Below are positions 9,271-21,263 of a stretch of DNA of 64,000 nucleotides, piece after piece. Under the pieces are notes generated by a model. That model did no database searches and was not told the DNA's origin. It saw only the letters and a program-made list of their open reading frames with translations. Location of the stretch: the NCBI GenBank assembly GCA_964609455.1, contig CAZSRD010000001.1, forward strand, positions 70,920 to 134,919, in the 5' to 3' direction. The translations under genes and the position numbers were made by a program. This stretch comes from an uncultured Methanosarcinales archaeon (GTDB lineage Archaea; Nanobdellota; Nanobdellia; Woesearchaeales; JACPBV01). Numbering within the stretch: position 1 is the first letter of the stretch; every line of letters begins with the position of its first letter.

Positions 9271-9405
9271 GTATGCACATAGCATCTTCAAAATTCTCGA
9301 CGGAGCTGTGGAAAGAGCTGCATCCCCGTAAGGGACAACCCCCTGCAACGCTCGTCGATGATATTTGTGTGATTGAATTTTGACCTTATGATGCTATGCA
9401 CATAC
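9271..9405. other. GC-rich structured intergenic element bounded by an imperfect 16-bp inverted repeat. Candidate small RNA or UTR structure.
   Basis: Arms are GTATGCACATAGCATC and GATGCTATGCACATAC. The core is GC-rich with a CCC-GTAA-GGG hairpin and a GACGGAGC/GCTCGTC outer stem. Confidence 0.25.
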
Positions 9406-9408
9406 TAT

Positions 9409-10731
<1,323 letters not shown>

Positions 10732-10790
10732 CTATTTTCTTTTAATACCAGGCAATAATTTTATAAATGATCCAATTTTAACACTTTAGA

Positions 10791-11648
10791 ATGAACTTAT
10801 TAACACTAAAAGACTGGAGTAAAGGGGATATATTACAAATAATAGAAGAATCCATTTTACTCAAAGAAGATCCTGAGAAATACTACGAGGTTTTAAGAGG
10901 AAAAACATTAGCTATGCTTTTTGAGAAGACATCAACAAGGACAAGAATAAGCTTTGAGGTGGGGATGACCCAGTTAGGCGGCCATGCTATGTTTATTGAC
11001 TGGAAGACTACCCAGTTAGGAAAAGCAGACCTAAAGGATGAAATAAAATGTATAGAAAGATATGTTGATCTTATCATGGCTCGTGTCTATAAACACGAAA
11101 CTATACAGAAGATAGCTGAAAACTCTTCTAAGCCTGTGATTAATGGCTTATGCGATAAGTATCATCCATGCCAGATACTTGCTGATCTTTTGACTATCAA
11201 AGAAAAGTTAGGTAAATTAGAAGGCTTGAAATTGGCTTATATCGGAGACGGGAATAATGTCTGCAACTCATTAATAATTGGATGTAAAAAAGTTGGAATG
11301 AAAATTAATGTTGCAGCACCTAAAGGTTACGAGCCATTAGAAGAGCCAGATTTGTTGACAACTGACCCTAAAGAAGCTGCAAAGGATGCTGATATTATAT
11401 ACACAGACACATGGGTTTCAATGGGCCAGGAAAAAGAAGCAGAGGAAAGAAAGAAGGTATTCAGGCCTTACCAGGTCAATAAAGAATTATTGGGAAAGGC
11501 ATTATTCATGCATTGCCTGCCAGCATACAGGGGTTATGAAGTAACAGATGAAGTTATTGATTCTAAGCAGAGTATTGTATTTGACCAGGCTGAAAACAGG
11601 CTGCATGCACAGAAAGCAGTTATCCTAAAATTGATGGGAAAGATATAA
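10791..11648 (+). CDS. argF: Ornithine carbamoyltransferase
   Basis: STRTR carbamoyl-phosphate motif, HPCQ, DTWVSMGQE (SMG) and HCLPA (HCLP). These are OTC-specific rather than ATCase. 285 aa. Confidence 0.7.
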   Translation: MNLLTLKDWSKGDILQIIEESILLKEDPEKYYEVLRGKTLAMLFEKTSTRTRISFEVGMTQLGGHAMFIDWKTTQLGKADLKDEIKCIERYVDLIMARVYKHETIQKIAENSSKPVINGLCDKYHPCQILADLLTIKEKLGKLEGLKLAYIGDGNNVCNSLIIGCKKVGMKINVAAPKGYEPLEEPDLLTTDPKEAAKDADIIYTDTWVSMGQEKEAEERKKVFRPYQVNKELLGKALFMHCLPAYRGYEVTDEVIDSKQSIVFDQAENRLHAQKAVILKLMGKI

Positions 11649-11652
11649 TTGT

Positions 11653-11679
11653 CCAATTCTAGACATTTTTGTTTATTTT
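11653..11679. promoter_or_regulatory. Second copy of the AATTCTAGACATTyTTGTyTATTTT motif, upstream of the amino-acid-kinase/GNAT gene
   Basis: 24/27 identity with 10712-10738. Confidence 0.35.
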
Positions 11680-11730
11680 GTCCTATATGGGGCGATAGGC
11701 TTTTAAAATAGGTGTCTATCTCAGAAGTAT

Positions 11731-13215
11731 ATGGCAAATGGAAAACTAACTCGTGGAAAAATAATTGAAATCGAGAATAAGTATGGAATAAAAGTATCTG
11801 AACAATGGCTAAACCAACTTTTATCTATGGGTGAGCATGAAAGGGGGGTAGTTAAAGCCAGTGGCAAGTTGATACAAGGAATACCCTTAGATGACATTGT
11901 AAAAAATTATCAGATACTTGATAATGAACTGGGGATAGTTCTGCCCTTAGTGATTGGTGGTGGCCCACAATATGATGAATTACCTGCTTACAAAGGCTCA
12001 TTTAAAGTTAACGGAATACGTGTTACCCCTTCTGGGCTATTAGAACAGATGCTACCTGTTGCACAAGAGAATCTTGATCATGTAGTTGCTGCTTTAACAT
12101 CAGCTGGAGTTAAAGCAGTAGCAATGCCTAACTGCATATTTAAAGTTGAACCTCATGGTGTTGAGACATATTTTGATGAAGAAAAAAAGGAGTTTGTAGA
12201 GCAAGACACTGGTTTTGTAGGTGATGTGGTAAGGATTGATACTGCACCTGTTATTGCTGCTTTACATGAGGGAAAAGTGCCTGTTTTAAGCCATATAGGC
12301 ATAGATGTTCATGCTGGCCTACCCTCTTTTAAACCACTTTACCACGAACCTAATCCCCAGTATTACAACATAAATGCAACTACAGCTGCGGCTGCTTTAG
12401 TTAAACAACTACAAGCTTATAAATTGATATTATTAGGTGATAAACCTATCTTAGACGCAAATGGCGAATTAATAAAAGAAATAAAATCCGAGGCGCAGCT
12501 CCATAAACTCTTAAAAGAAGGCACAATAAAAGATGGAATGGCTATTAATGCGCAAGAAGCTTATGATCTATTGAAGATTATGGGGCCAGGACGTAGTGTA
12601 CAGATAACTACGCCTGAAGACTTAATTAAAGAATTGCTTTCAGATGGAGCCGGAACAATGTTTCGTATGCCATTTATAGTCCAGAGCTACCATAAACCTG
12701 AACATGTAGGCAAAGACGGAAAAGAATTATTGACTGATAAGATTGACCAGGCATTTGCAGATCGTGGAATGGCTTTAGTACCTGGTTATTGGGATAGTCA
12801 TGAAATTAATGAAAAAGCACCAATAGACAGGATGTATATAGATGCTCCTGTAATAACTGGTGGAGCTGTTGTGCGTAAGTTATGGGATCATGCATATATG
12901 TGTAAACTCTTTAAGGAAAAAGGTTATCGTGGTAGTGGATTAGCTAAACAATTAATGGATGATATAATTTCCGACCAAGGATGTCTTTTTTGGCGTACTG
13001 GCGCAGAAGAGGGTAATGTGGGGAACATAGAACATTACAAAGCTTATGTGGATAATTTCAAAAATAGCAGCTTACAAAAACCAGGAAAGGTTAGCACGTA
13101 TGAAAAAGTTGGTGAGAGTTATTGGGTTTTTGCTGTTAATGTATATCAGTATTATTGGAATTTATTAAAACTTCAAGTTTCTTGTTTGCCACAAACATTA
13201 GTCAAACATAAATAA
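11731..13215 (+). CDS. Amino-acid-kinase family domain fused to a C-terminal GNAT acetyltransferase. This is an N-acetylglutamate synthase (ArgA / ArgAB)-like protein.
   Basis: VVKASGKL and LVIGGGPQ (the AAK / NAGK-like HGGGPQ motif). C-terminal GYRGSGLAKQLMD is a GNAT acetyl-CoA motif. 494 aa. Confidence 0.5.
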   Translation: MANGKLTRGKIIEIENKYGIKVSEQWLNQLLSMGEHERGVVKASGKLIQGIPLDDIVKNYQILDNELGIVLPLVIGGGPQYDELPAYKGSFKVNGIRVTPSGLLEQMLPVAQENLDHVVAALTSAGVKAVAMPNCIFKVEPHGVETYFDEEKKEFVEQDTGFVGDVVRIDTAPVIAALHEGKVPVLSHIGIDVHAGLPSFKPLYHEPNPQYYNINATTAAAALVKQLQAYKLILLGDKPILDANGELIKEIKSEAQLHKLLKEGTIKDGMAINAQEAYDLLKIMGPGRSVQITTPEDLIKELLSDGAGTMFRMPFIVQSYHKPEHVGKDGKELLTDKIDQAFADRGMALVPGYWDSHEINEKAPIDRMYIDAPVITGGAVVRKLWDHAYMCKLFKEKGYRGSGLAKQLMDDIISDQGCLFWRTGAEEGNVGNIEHYKAYVDNFKNSSLQKPGKVSTYEKVGESYWVFAVNVYQYYWNLLKLQVSCLPQTLVKHK

Positions 13216-13490
13216 CCCCATAAACTAAACTTCGCAGGAGCATGGCTAGGGTTGCGTATAACGCTTAAAAAAGGCAGTGTTTGGATAAGATACCATTTGA
13301 TGGGTATTGCAATAGCTTTTGCTATTAAAATGTTGTTTTTTTAGGGGTTTCTCGTAGGGCTGAAATGGCTAAATTTAGGCTTTATAGAGCTTCTAGAGGC
13401 AAAATTTTATCGAAACATTTATAAAGTATCTTATGTTATTTTGTACTAAGCATAAATCTGAATTTTGTATAAAAATTAGAGGGTATGTAG

Positions 13491-15377
<1,887 letters not shown>

Positions 15378-15471
15378 ATTTGCTTGCAAATTTATGCTAC
15401 GAAATTCAATTGAGTATGTCTAAACCAAAAAAACAAAGTTTTATAAATCAACCCCTTTTCTCAATATTAAA

Positions 15472-16296
15472 ATGGCAGAAGAAAAAGCAACGAAAATAAA
15501 GAAGAAGAAATGGGTTCAGATAATTGCCCCAGCATACTTCAACAGTGAATTGCTTGGAGTAATACCTGTAACTGAAACAAAATCCTTAGTTGGCAGATCA
15601 ATTACAGTAAATTTGATGGCTTTAACAAGGGATATTAAAAAGCAGAATACAAATCTTAGATTTTCTATTAAAAAAATACAAGGAGAAAATGCAACTACAG
15701 AGATTTATGGCTATTATCTTAGTGCTGCTTCTATCAGAAGATTGGTAAGAAGAGGCAAGCAGAAGATTGAGATTTCTTTTATATGCAAGACATCAGATAA
15801 TAAAAGGGTCAGAATAAAGCCATTGATGGTACCGATTAATAAGGTAAAAGGCTCTGTTGCTGCTAGTTTGAGTAAGGCTGCTTCTAAATTTGTAATTGAA
15901 TATTTATCCAAGATAAGCTTAGATAATCTGATTAAAGATTTGATAAGCGGTAAATTAAGAAAAGAAATGAAAGATGCTTTGAAAAAGATCTATCCTATCA
16001 AGATTGTAGAAATAGCTAAACTCCATATTGAAGAAGGAAAAAAGAAAGTTGGAGACATTAAGGTTGAAGAACCAGCAGAGAAGGAAGAAGTTGATGAGCA
16101 GGCAGAGGAAGAGGTTGAAGAACCAGCAGAGAAGGAAGAAGTTGATGAGCAGGCAGAGGAAGAGGTTGAAGAACCAGTAGAGAAGGAAAAAGTTGAAGGG
16201 AAACCAGCTAAAAAAAAGGATAAACCAAAGAAAAAAGAAGCTGAAGAGATTGAAGAAGAGACAGAAGAAGCTGTTGAAGAAAAACAGGAAGAATAA
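15472..16296 (+). CDS. rps3ae: 30S ribosomal protein S3Ae (S1e) with an extended acidic C-terminal tail
   Basis: N-terminus KKKWVQIIAPAYFNSELLGVIPV is typical of S3Ae. 274 aa versus ~200-220 usual. Confidence 0.8.
   Translation: MAEEKATKIKKKKWVQIIAPAYFNSELLGVIPVTETKSLVGRSITVNLMALTRDIKKQNTNLRFSIKKIQGENATTEIYGYYLSAASIRRLVRRGKQKIEISFICKTSDNKRVRIKPLMVPINKVKGSVAASLSKAASKFVIEYLSKISLDNLIKDLISGKLRKEMKDALKKIYPIKIVEIAKLHIEEGKKKVGDIKVEEPAEKEEVDEQAEEEVEEPAEKEEVDEQAEEEVEEPVEKEKVEGKPAKKKDKPKKKEAEEIEEETEEAVEEKQEE
16063..16200 (+). repeat. 51-bp in-frame tandem repeat (~2.7 copies) encoding VEEPAEKEEVDEQAEEE in the S3Ae tail
   Basis: Units at 16063-16113 and 16114-16164 are identical. A third, partial unit follows. 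Confidence 0.85.
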
Positions 16297-16307
16297 TTCT
16301 ATACTCA

Positions 16308-16328
16308 AAGACAAAAATCTTGTCTTTT
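16308..16328 (+). terminator. Hairpin plus T-run after S3Ae (AAGACAA-AAATC-TTGTCTTTT)
   Basis: 7-bp inverted repeat followed by TTTT. A second hairpin-like segment with a T7 run lies at 16339-16362. Confidence 0.35.
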
Positions 16329-16474
16329 CGTAATACGTAAAAAACACTTTGTGTTTTTTTGTACAAGAAATGCGAAGGATTTCTTTGTAAGCAAATGACG
16401 TGTATATTGTATAAAAATTTGTGTCATTTGCTATAATAAGATTTTTAAAGTGAAGTAGTTTTCTTATTGTTTAT

Positions 16475-16547
16475 AGCCCCGTAGTCTAGCGGTCAAGGAT
16501 AGGGCCCTCTGGAGGCTCTGACGGCAGTTCGAATCTGCCCGGGGCTA
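16475..16547 (+). tRNA. tRNA-Gln (anticodon CTG)
   Basis: Acceptor AGCCCCG/CGGGGCT, T-arm GGCAG-TTCGAAT-CTGCC, anticodon loop CTCTGGA. No encoded CCA. Followed by CTTTTT. Confidence 0.8.
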
Positions 16548-16553
16548 CTTTTT

Positions 16554-17240
16554 ATGATGAATATGAAAAATAAACTTATTGGAAACAAGGTTTCCAAGAA
16601 TCCCCCTGGGATTTTTTCAAATTTCCCCCTGGGAAAAAAAATAGCACAAGGTGCAGAAGCGAAACTCTTTTTAGTAGATAATAAAATAGTCAAAGACAGG
16701 TTTAGGAAGGATTATAGGATAAAAGAAATAGATGAAAGACTAAGAAAGTCCAGAACAAAAAGAGAAGCAAAGATATTTTCTAAGCTAAGTGCAATTGGTT
16801 TTCCTTCTCCTAAATTGATTGAGAGTGATGATAAAGAAAAGATAATTATGGAGTTTATTAAAGGCCCTAAAGTAAGGGATATTCTTGAAGAGAAGGATTA
16901 TGTTAAACTATGTTCTGAGATTGGCAGGAAGGTTGCTGTTTTGCATAATAATGGAATAATCCATGGTGATTTGACAACTTCTAATATGATTTTTAGTAAT
17001 GAAGTTTATTTTATTGATTTTGGATTAAGCTTTTTTTCAGATAAAGTAGAGGATAAAGCAGTTGATTTGCATCTTTTGAAACAGGCTCTTGAAAGCAAGC
17101 ATTACAAAGTTTGGGAGAAATGTTTTGATGCTGCAATTAAAGGTTATAAGAAAGAATGTAAGGATAGTTCTTTGGTTTTTAAAAGATTAGAGAATGTTGA
17201 AGGCAGGGGAAGGTATAAGGGGAAGAGGAAAAATATATAA
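16554..17240 (+). CDS. bud32: Bud32/PRPK-type atypical Ser/Thr kinase (KEOPS subunit)
   Basis: Gly-loop region KIAQGAEAKLFL, IIHGDLTTSNMIF catalytic loop and FIDFGLS. 228 aa is the typical Bud32 size. Confidence 0.75.
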   Translation: MMNMKNKLIGNKVSKNPPGIFSNFPLGKKIAQGAEAKLFLVDNKIVKDRFRKDYRIKEIDERLRKSRTKREAKIFSKLSAIGFPSPKLIESDDKEKIIMEFIKGPKVRDILEEKDYVKLCSEIGRKVAVLHNNGIIHGDLTTSNMIFSNEVYFIDFGLSFFSDKVEDKAVDLHLLKQALESKHYKVWEKCFDAAIKGYKKECKDSSLVFKRLENVEGRGRYKGKRKNI

Positions 17241-17263
17241 ACCCGTAATACTATGGTTCTCTT

Positions 17264-17932
17264 ATGTGGGTTGCTAAGTTAAGATTAAAGCATGAAGATT
17301 GTGCCATAGGCAGAAGATGCAAGAGATTTAATGTTGTTTCTATGGGTATTCCAGGTAATAGTTATAAAGAAGGAGATAAAGCCTATTACACTCATTTTGA
17401 GACTTTAGTTGGTGATCAGGATAAGGTAGCAAGGTTTATTGAGGATTTGAAAGAAGATCCTTTAATACATAATGTTGAAGTCCAGGGTAATTCTATTTTT
17501 TTTGTAAATGAAGCACTAATACAACAAAAGATACCAACTATAACTAATAATCCTAAGCTATTCTGGGTTAAGCCTGTAATGGTAGATGAGAAAGGGTATG
17601 AAGATTGGTATTTGGGTTCGTGGGATGAAAAGGCTCTGAGAGATTTTGTTGTTGGCCTACAAAAAGAACATCATGATGTTAAAATAGAGAAAATAGAAAA
17701 TAAAGGGCTAAGTGATATAGATTTTCCAAAGGTTTTGCCTGCTTTGACAAAAGGCCAGAAAAAAGCTTTAGAGATAGCAAAACAACATGGTTACTATGAT
17801 TTTCCGAGAAAGGCTGATTTAAAGGAGCTGGCCGCAGAAGCTGGAATATCTCTTTCTACATTTAGAGAGCATCTAAGAAAAGCAGAGAAGAAAGTAATGC
17901 CTGATTTGGTTAGGGCTGCAAAAACCGAATAA
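17264..17932 (+). CDS. Transcriptional regulator with C-terminal HTH_10 (bacterio-opsin activator-like) domain
   Basis: The C-terminal LTKGQKKALEIAKQHGYYDFPRKADLKELAAEAGISLSTFREHLRKAE matches the HTH_10 pattern. Confidence 0.5.
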   Translation: MWVAKLRLKHEDCAIGRRCKRFNVVSMGIPGNSYKEGDKAYYTHFETLVGDQDKVARFIEDLKEDPLIHNVEVQGNSIFFVNEALIQQKIPTITNNPKLFWVKPVMVDEKGYEDWYLGSWDEKALRDFVVGLQKEHHDVKIEKIENKGLSDIDFPKVLPALTKGQKKALEIAKQHGYYDFPRKADLKELAAEAGISLSTFREHLRKAEKKVMPDLVRAAKTE

Positions 17933-17961
17933 TTTATAAATAATAAGTTCTTTCTAAATAT

Positions 17962-18987
17962 ATGGTGGTAGATAAATCATATAAGATAGCCACGATTGGC
18001 TCTCATTCTGCGTTACAGATACTTAAAGGAGCGAAAGACGAAGGTTTTGAGACAATTTGTATTTGTCTAAAAGGTAGAGAAAAGCCTTACCAGCAGTTTA
18101 AGGTTGCTGATAAGATAATTTCTATAAAGGATTTCAGTGAGTTTGAGAAAGTACAAGATGAGCTGCTTAAAGATAATGCTATCATAATACCCCATGCTTC
18201 ATTCATTTCTTATATGGGGCTTGAGAGGGTAGAGAAATTAAAGGTTCCTTATTTCGGGAATAAGGAAATATTAAAATGGGAGTCAGACAGGAACTGGGAA
18301 AGGAAGTGGCTTACGAAAGCAGGGCTTAAGATGCCTAAGATTTTCAAGAAACCGGAAGATATTGACAGGCCTGTAATACTCAAGTTCCATGGCGCAGATG
18401 GAGGCAAAGGCTATTTTTTAGCCAAGAATTATAATGATTTCAAGAGAAAGATAAAATTACACCCTAACAGCAAGAAATATGTCATTCAGGAATATATTCT
18501 AGGAGTTCCTATGTATGCTCATTATTTCCATTCTCCTTTAACAGGGGAAACAGAGTTGATGGGTTTTGACAAAAGATATGAGAGTAATGTTGACAGCCTA
18601 GGAAGGATTTCTGCCAGGGACCAGATGGCATTGCCTAAAGAACAAGTTGATCCTAGCTATGTTATTGTTGGTAACATGCCTGTTGTAGTTAGAGAATCTT
18701 ACTTACCAGGTTATATAAGCAAAGGAGAGAAAACAGTAAAAGAAAGCAAAAAGTTAGTTAAAGGTGGGTTGTTCGGGCCTTTCTGCCTAGAAACAATAAT
18801 AACTCCTGACGGAGAGATTATCACCTTTGAGATTTCAGCAAGGATTGTTGCTGGCACAAACCCTTATGTTCATGGCTCACCATATACCTGGCTGAGGTAT
18901 AATGAGCCTATGTCAACTGGAAGGAGGATTGCTCGTGAAATAAAGTTGGCTATTGAGCAAAATAAATTAAACAAGGTGTTGAGTTAA
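17962..18987 (+). CDS. purP: PurP-type 5-formaminoimidazole-4-carboxamide ribonucleotide (FAICAR) synthetase, formate-dependent ATP-grasp
   Basis: IATIGSHSALQILKGAKDEGFETICICLKGREKPY is the characteristic archaeal PurP N-terminus. 341 aa. Confidence 0.7.
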   Translation: MVVDKSYKIATIGSHSALQILKGAKDEGFETICICLKGREKPYQQFKVADKIISIKDFSEFEKVQDELLKDNAIIIPHASFISYMGLERVEKLKVPYFGNKEILKWESDRNWERKWLTKAGLKMPKIFKKPEDIDRPVILKFHGADGGKGYFLAKNYNDFKRKIKLHPNSKKYVIQEYILGVPMYAHYFHSPLTGETELMGFDKRYESNVDSLGRISARDQMALPKEQVDPSYVIVGNMPVVVRESYLPGYISKGEKTVKESKKLVKGGLFGPFCLETIITPDGEIITFEISARIVAGTNPYVHGSPYTWLRYNEPMSTGRRIAREIKLAIEQNKLNKVLS

Positions 18988-18988
18988 A

Positions 18989-20299
18989 ATGGCTAAAAAG
19001 AGGGTTATTAAAAAAGTTCATAGATCAAAAACCAGGAAACATAAAGGCATGTTTGATAAGTTCTTTAAGGGCGTTAAGATTGAGGTAAACAAGGTAAGCA
19101 GCGAAGTAAAGGAGAAAGAAGAGGATGTTTTCGGAAAGCTTGGCGAGATAAAAGAAAAAGTTCTTAGAGTTGGCGGATCAACAAATATTTCTAAAATATT
19201 AGAAAGTTATGACAAAACTAACATTACAATAGGCGTTTTAGGTGGCCATAGCGCTTTGGATGTTTGCAGGGGGGCTAAGAAATTAGGTTTCAGAACAGTA
19301 GCTGTATGTAAAAAGGGGCGTGAACAGACTTATGCTAAGTATTACAAAACAAGAGAGGATGGAAGAGGCATTATTGACGAGATTATCTTAGTTGATAAGT
19401 TTGATGATATTGCCAAAAAAGATGTGCAGGATAAATTAAGAGAGCTAAATACTATTTTTATACATAACAGGTATTTCTGGGTTTATTGTGATTTCAAAAA
19501 GATTGAGAAACAGTTTAAGGTGCCTATTTTTGGTACCCGAACCATGCTTAAATTAGAAGAAAGGGATGTTCCTAAGAACCAGTATTATTTACTTGAAAGA
19601 GCAGGTATAAGAATGCCTAAGATTTATTCTGATGCTAAGAAGATTGACAGGTTAGTGATTGTAAAGGTTGCAGAGGCTGCAAGAGGCTATGAAAGGGCAT
19701 TCTTTTTTTGCAACAATTATGAAAGCTATAAGCAGAAATCTGATGATATGTTAAAGAAGAAGATAATAACTCCAGTTGCCTTAAAAAAAGCTGTTATTGA
19801 AGAGTATATTGTTGGTGCCCAAGTTAATTTTAATTATTTCTATAGTCCTTTGACTGAAGAGCTTGAATTGATGGGGACTGACACAAGGAGACAGACTAAT
19901 CTAGATGGGTTGTTAAGGTTACCTGCTGATGTTCAGCTGGAAGTATTGAAGTATATCCAACCTAAATTAGTAGAGACAGGGCATATTGCAGTCACAACAA
20001 AAGAAAGTATTTTAGAAAAAATATTTTTAATTGGCGAGAAGTTTGTTGAAACTTGTAAAAAAGAGCATCCGCCTGGGATAATTGGACCATTTGCATTGCA
20101 AGGAGCTGTTGCTGCTGAGGAAGGCAAAGAGGAATTGGTTATATTTGATGTTTCAATGAGAATTCCCGGAAGTCCTGGGACAATTTCAACGCCATATTCT
20201 GGTTACTTGCATCATGATTCTATATCTTATGGTGAAAGGATTGCTATGGAGATAAAAAAGGCAATTGAAGAAGATAAATTAGATTGGATTTGTACTTAA
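18989..20299 (+). CDS. Second PurP-family paralog with a ~75-aa basic N-terminal extension
   Basis: ITIGVLGGHSALDVCRGAKKLGFRTVAVCKKGREQTY parallels the upstream PurP. 436 aa. Confidence 0.6.
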   Translation: MAKKRVIKKVHRSKTRKHKGMFDKFFKGVKIEVNKVSSEVKEKEEDVFGKLGEIKEKVLRVGGSTNISKILESYDKTNITIGVLGGHSALDVCRGAKKLGFRTVAVCKKGREQTYAKYYKTREDGRGIIDEIILVDKFDDIAKKDVQDKLRELNTIFIHNRYFWVYCDFKKIEKQFKVPIFGTRTMLKLEERDVPKNQYYLLERAGIRMPKIYSDAKKIDRLVIVKVAEAARGYERAFFFCNNYESYKQKSDDMLKKKIITPVALKKAVIEEYIVGAQVNFNYFYSPLTEELELMGTDTRRQTNLDGLLRLPADVQLEVLKYIQPKLVETGHIAVTTKESILEKIFLIGEKFVETCKKEHPPGIIGPFALQGAVAAEEGKEELVIFDVSMRIPGSPGTISTPYSGYLHHDSISYGERIAMEIKKAIEEDKLDWICT

Positions 20300-20312
20300 T
20301 TTTTATTAGGGG

Positions 20313-21263
20313 GTGTTATCAATGGATGTACAAAAATTCATACAAGACAAGGTTAAAGAAATAAAAGAGAAAGTAGGAAGTGATACAGCAGTTAATGCTT
20401 TATCAGGTGGTGTAGACAGTTCTGTTGTTGCTATACTTGCGCATAAGGCTCTTGGTGATAAGGTTAAGAATATTTTTCTAAACGATGGTTTAATGCGCTT
20501 AAATGAGCCTGAGACAATTAAATCAAGCTTTGCTAAGATTGGAATTGATGTAGAAGTAAAAGATGTTGCAGATAAATTCTTCTCAGCTTTAAAAGGGCTA
20601 GAAGATGGTGAAGAGAAAAGAAAAGCTTTTAGAGATACTTTCTACAAGGTTTTAGGTGAAGCTGTTAAGGAATCAGGTGGAAAGGTTTTATTGCAAGGAA
20701 CTATAAAGCCAGATATTGAAGAAACTAAAGCTGGAGTTAAAACACAGCATAATATTTTATCTCAAATAGGGATTGATCCTGAAAAAGAGTATGGATATAG
20801 AATTGCTGAGCCTCTTATTGATTTAGTAAAATGGGAAGTAAGAGAAGTGGGAAAAGCTTTGGGATTGCCACAAACAAGGTTTAATACTATGCCTTTCTTA
20901 GGGCCTGGGCTTTCTGGCAGGGTAATTGGTGAAGTTACTCGTGAAAGAGTTGAGATTGTAAGAAAAGCCAACAATATTGTTGAAGAGGAGCTAATGCCAT
21001 TAAAGCCATTCCAGTGCTTGGCTGTTTTGCTTAAGGACAATGCTACAATGAAAGGCGATGAGAATGCTAAAGGTAGGAATTACGGAAATATAATTGCAGT
21101 TAGGTGCGTTGAAAGCACAGATGCCAGAACTGTTGAGGTAACGGAAGTTCCTTATGATATTCTAAAAAGAATTGTCAAGAGAATAACAACAGAAGTTCCT
21201 GGTGTGATAAAGGTTGTGTATGACGTTACGCCAAAGCCGCCAAGTACGATTGAGTATATTTAA
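20313..21263 (+). CDS. guaA: GMP synthase subunit B (ATP pyrophosphatase domain of the split archaeal GuaA)
   Basis: SGGVDSSVVA PP-loop and a C-terminal dimerisation region. 316 aa. The glutamine amidotransferase subunit is not in the window. Confidence 0.8.
   Translation: MLSMDVQKFIQDKVKEIKEKVGSDTAVNALSGGVDSSVVAILAHKALGDKVKNIFLNDGLMRLNEPETIKSSFAKIGIDVEVKDVADKFFSALKGLEDGEEKRKAFRDTFYKVLGEAVKESGGKVLLQGTIKPDIEETKAGVKTQHNILSQIGIDPEKEYGYRIAEPLIDLVKWEVREVGKALGLPQTRFNTMPFLGPGLSGRVIGEVTRERVEIVRKANNIVEEELMPLKPFQCLAVLLKDNATMKGDENAKGRNYGNIIAVRCVESTDARTVEVTEVPYDILKRIVKRITTEVPGVIKVVYDVTPKPPSTIEYI

Noticed and set aside
9271-9405. C/D-box sRNA interpretation of the GC-rich intergenic element
   Set aside because: Only imperfect C-box-like (UGAUGC) strings and no properly placed D boxes (CUGA).
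15955-16347. 130-aa Phe-rich ORF antisense to the S3Ae tail repeat
   Set aside because: An artefact of the acidic tandem repeat read on the opposite strand.
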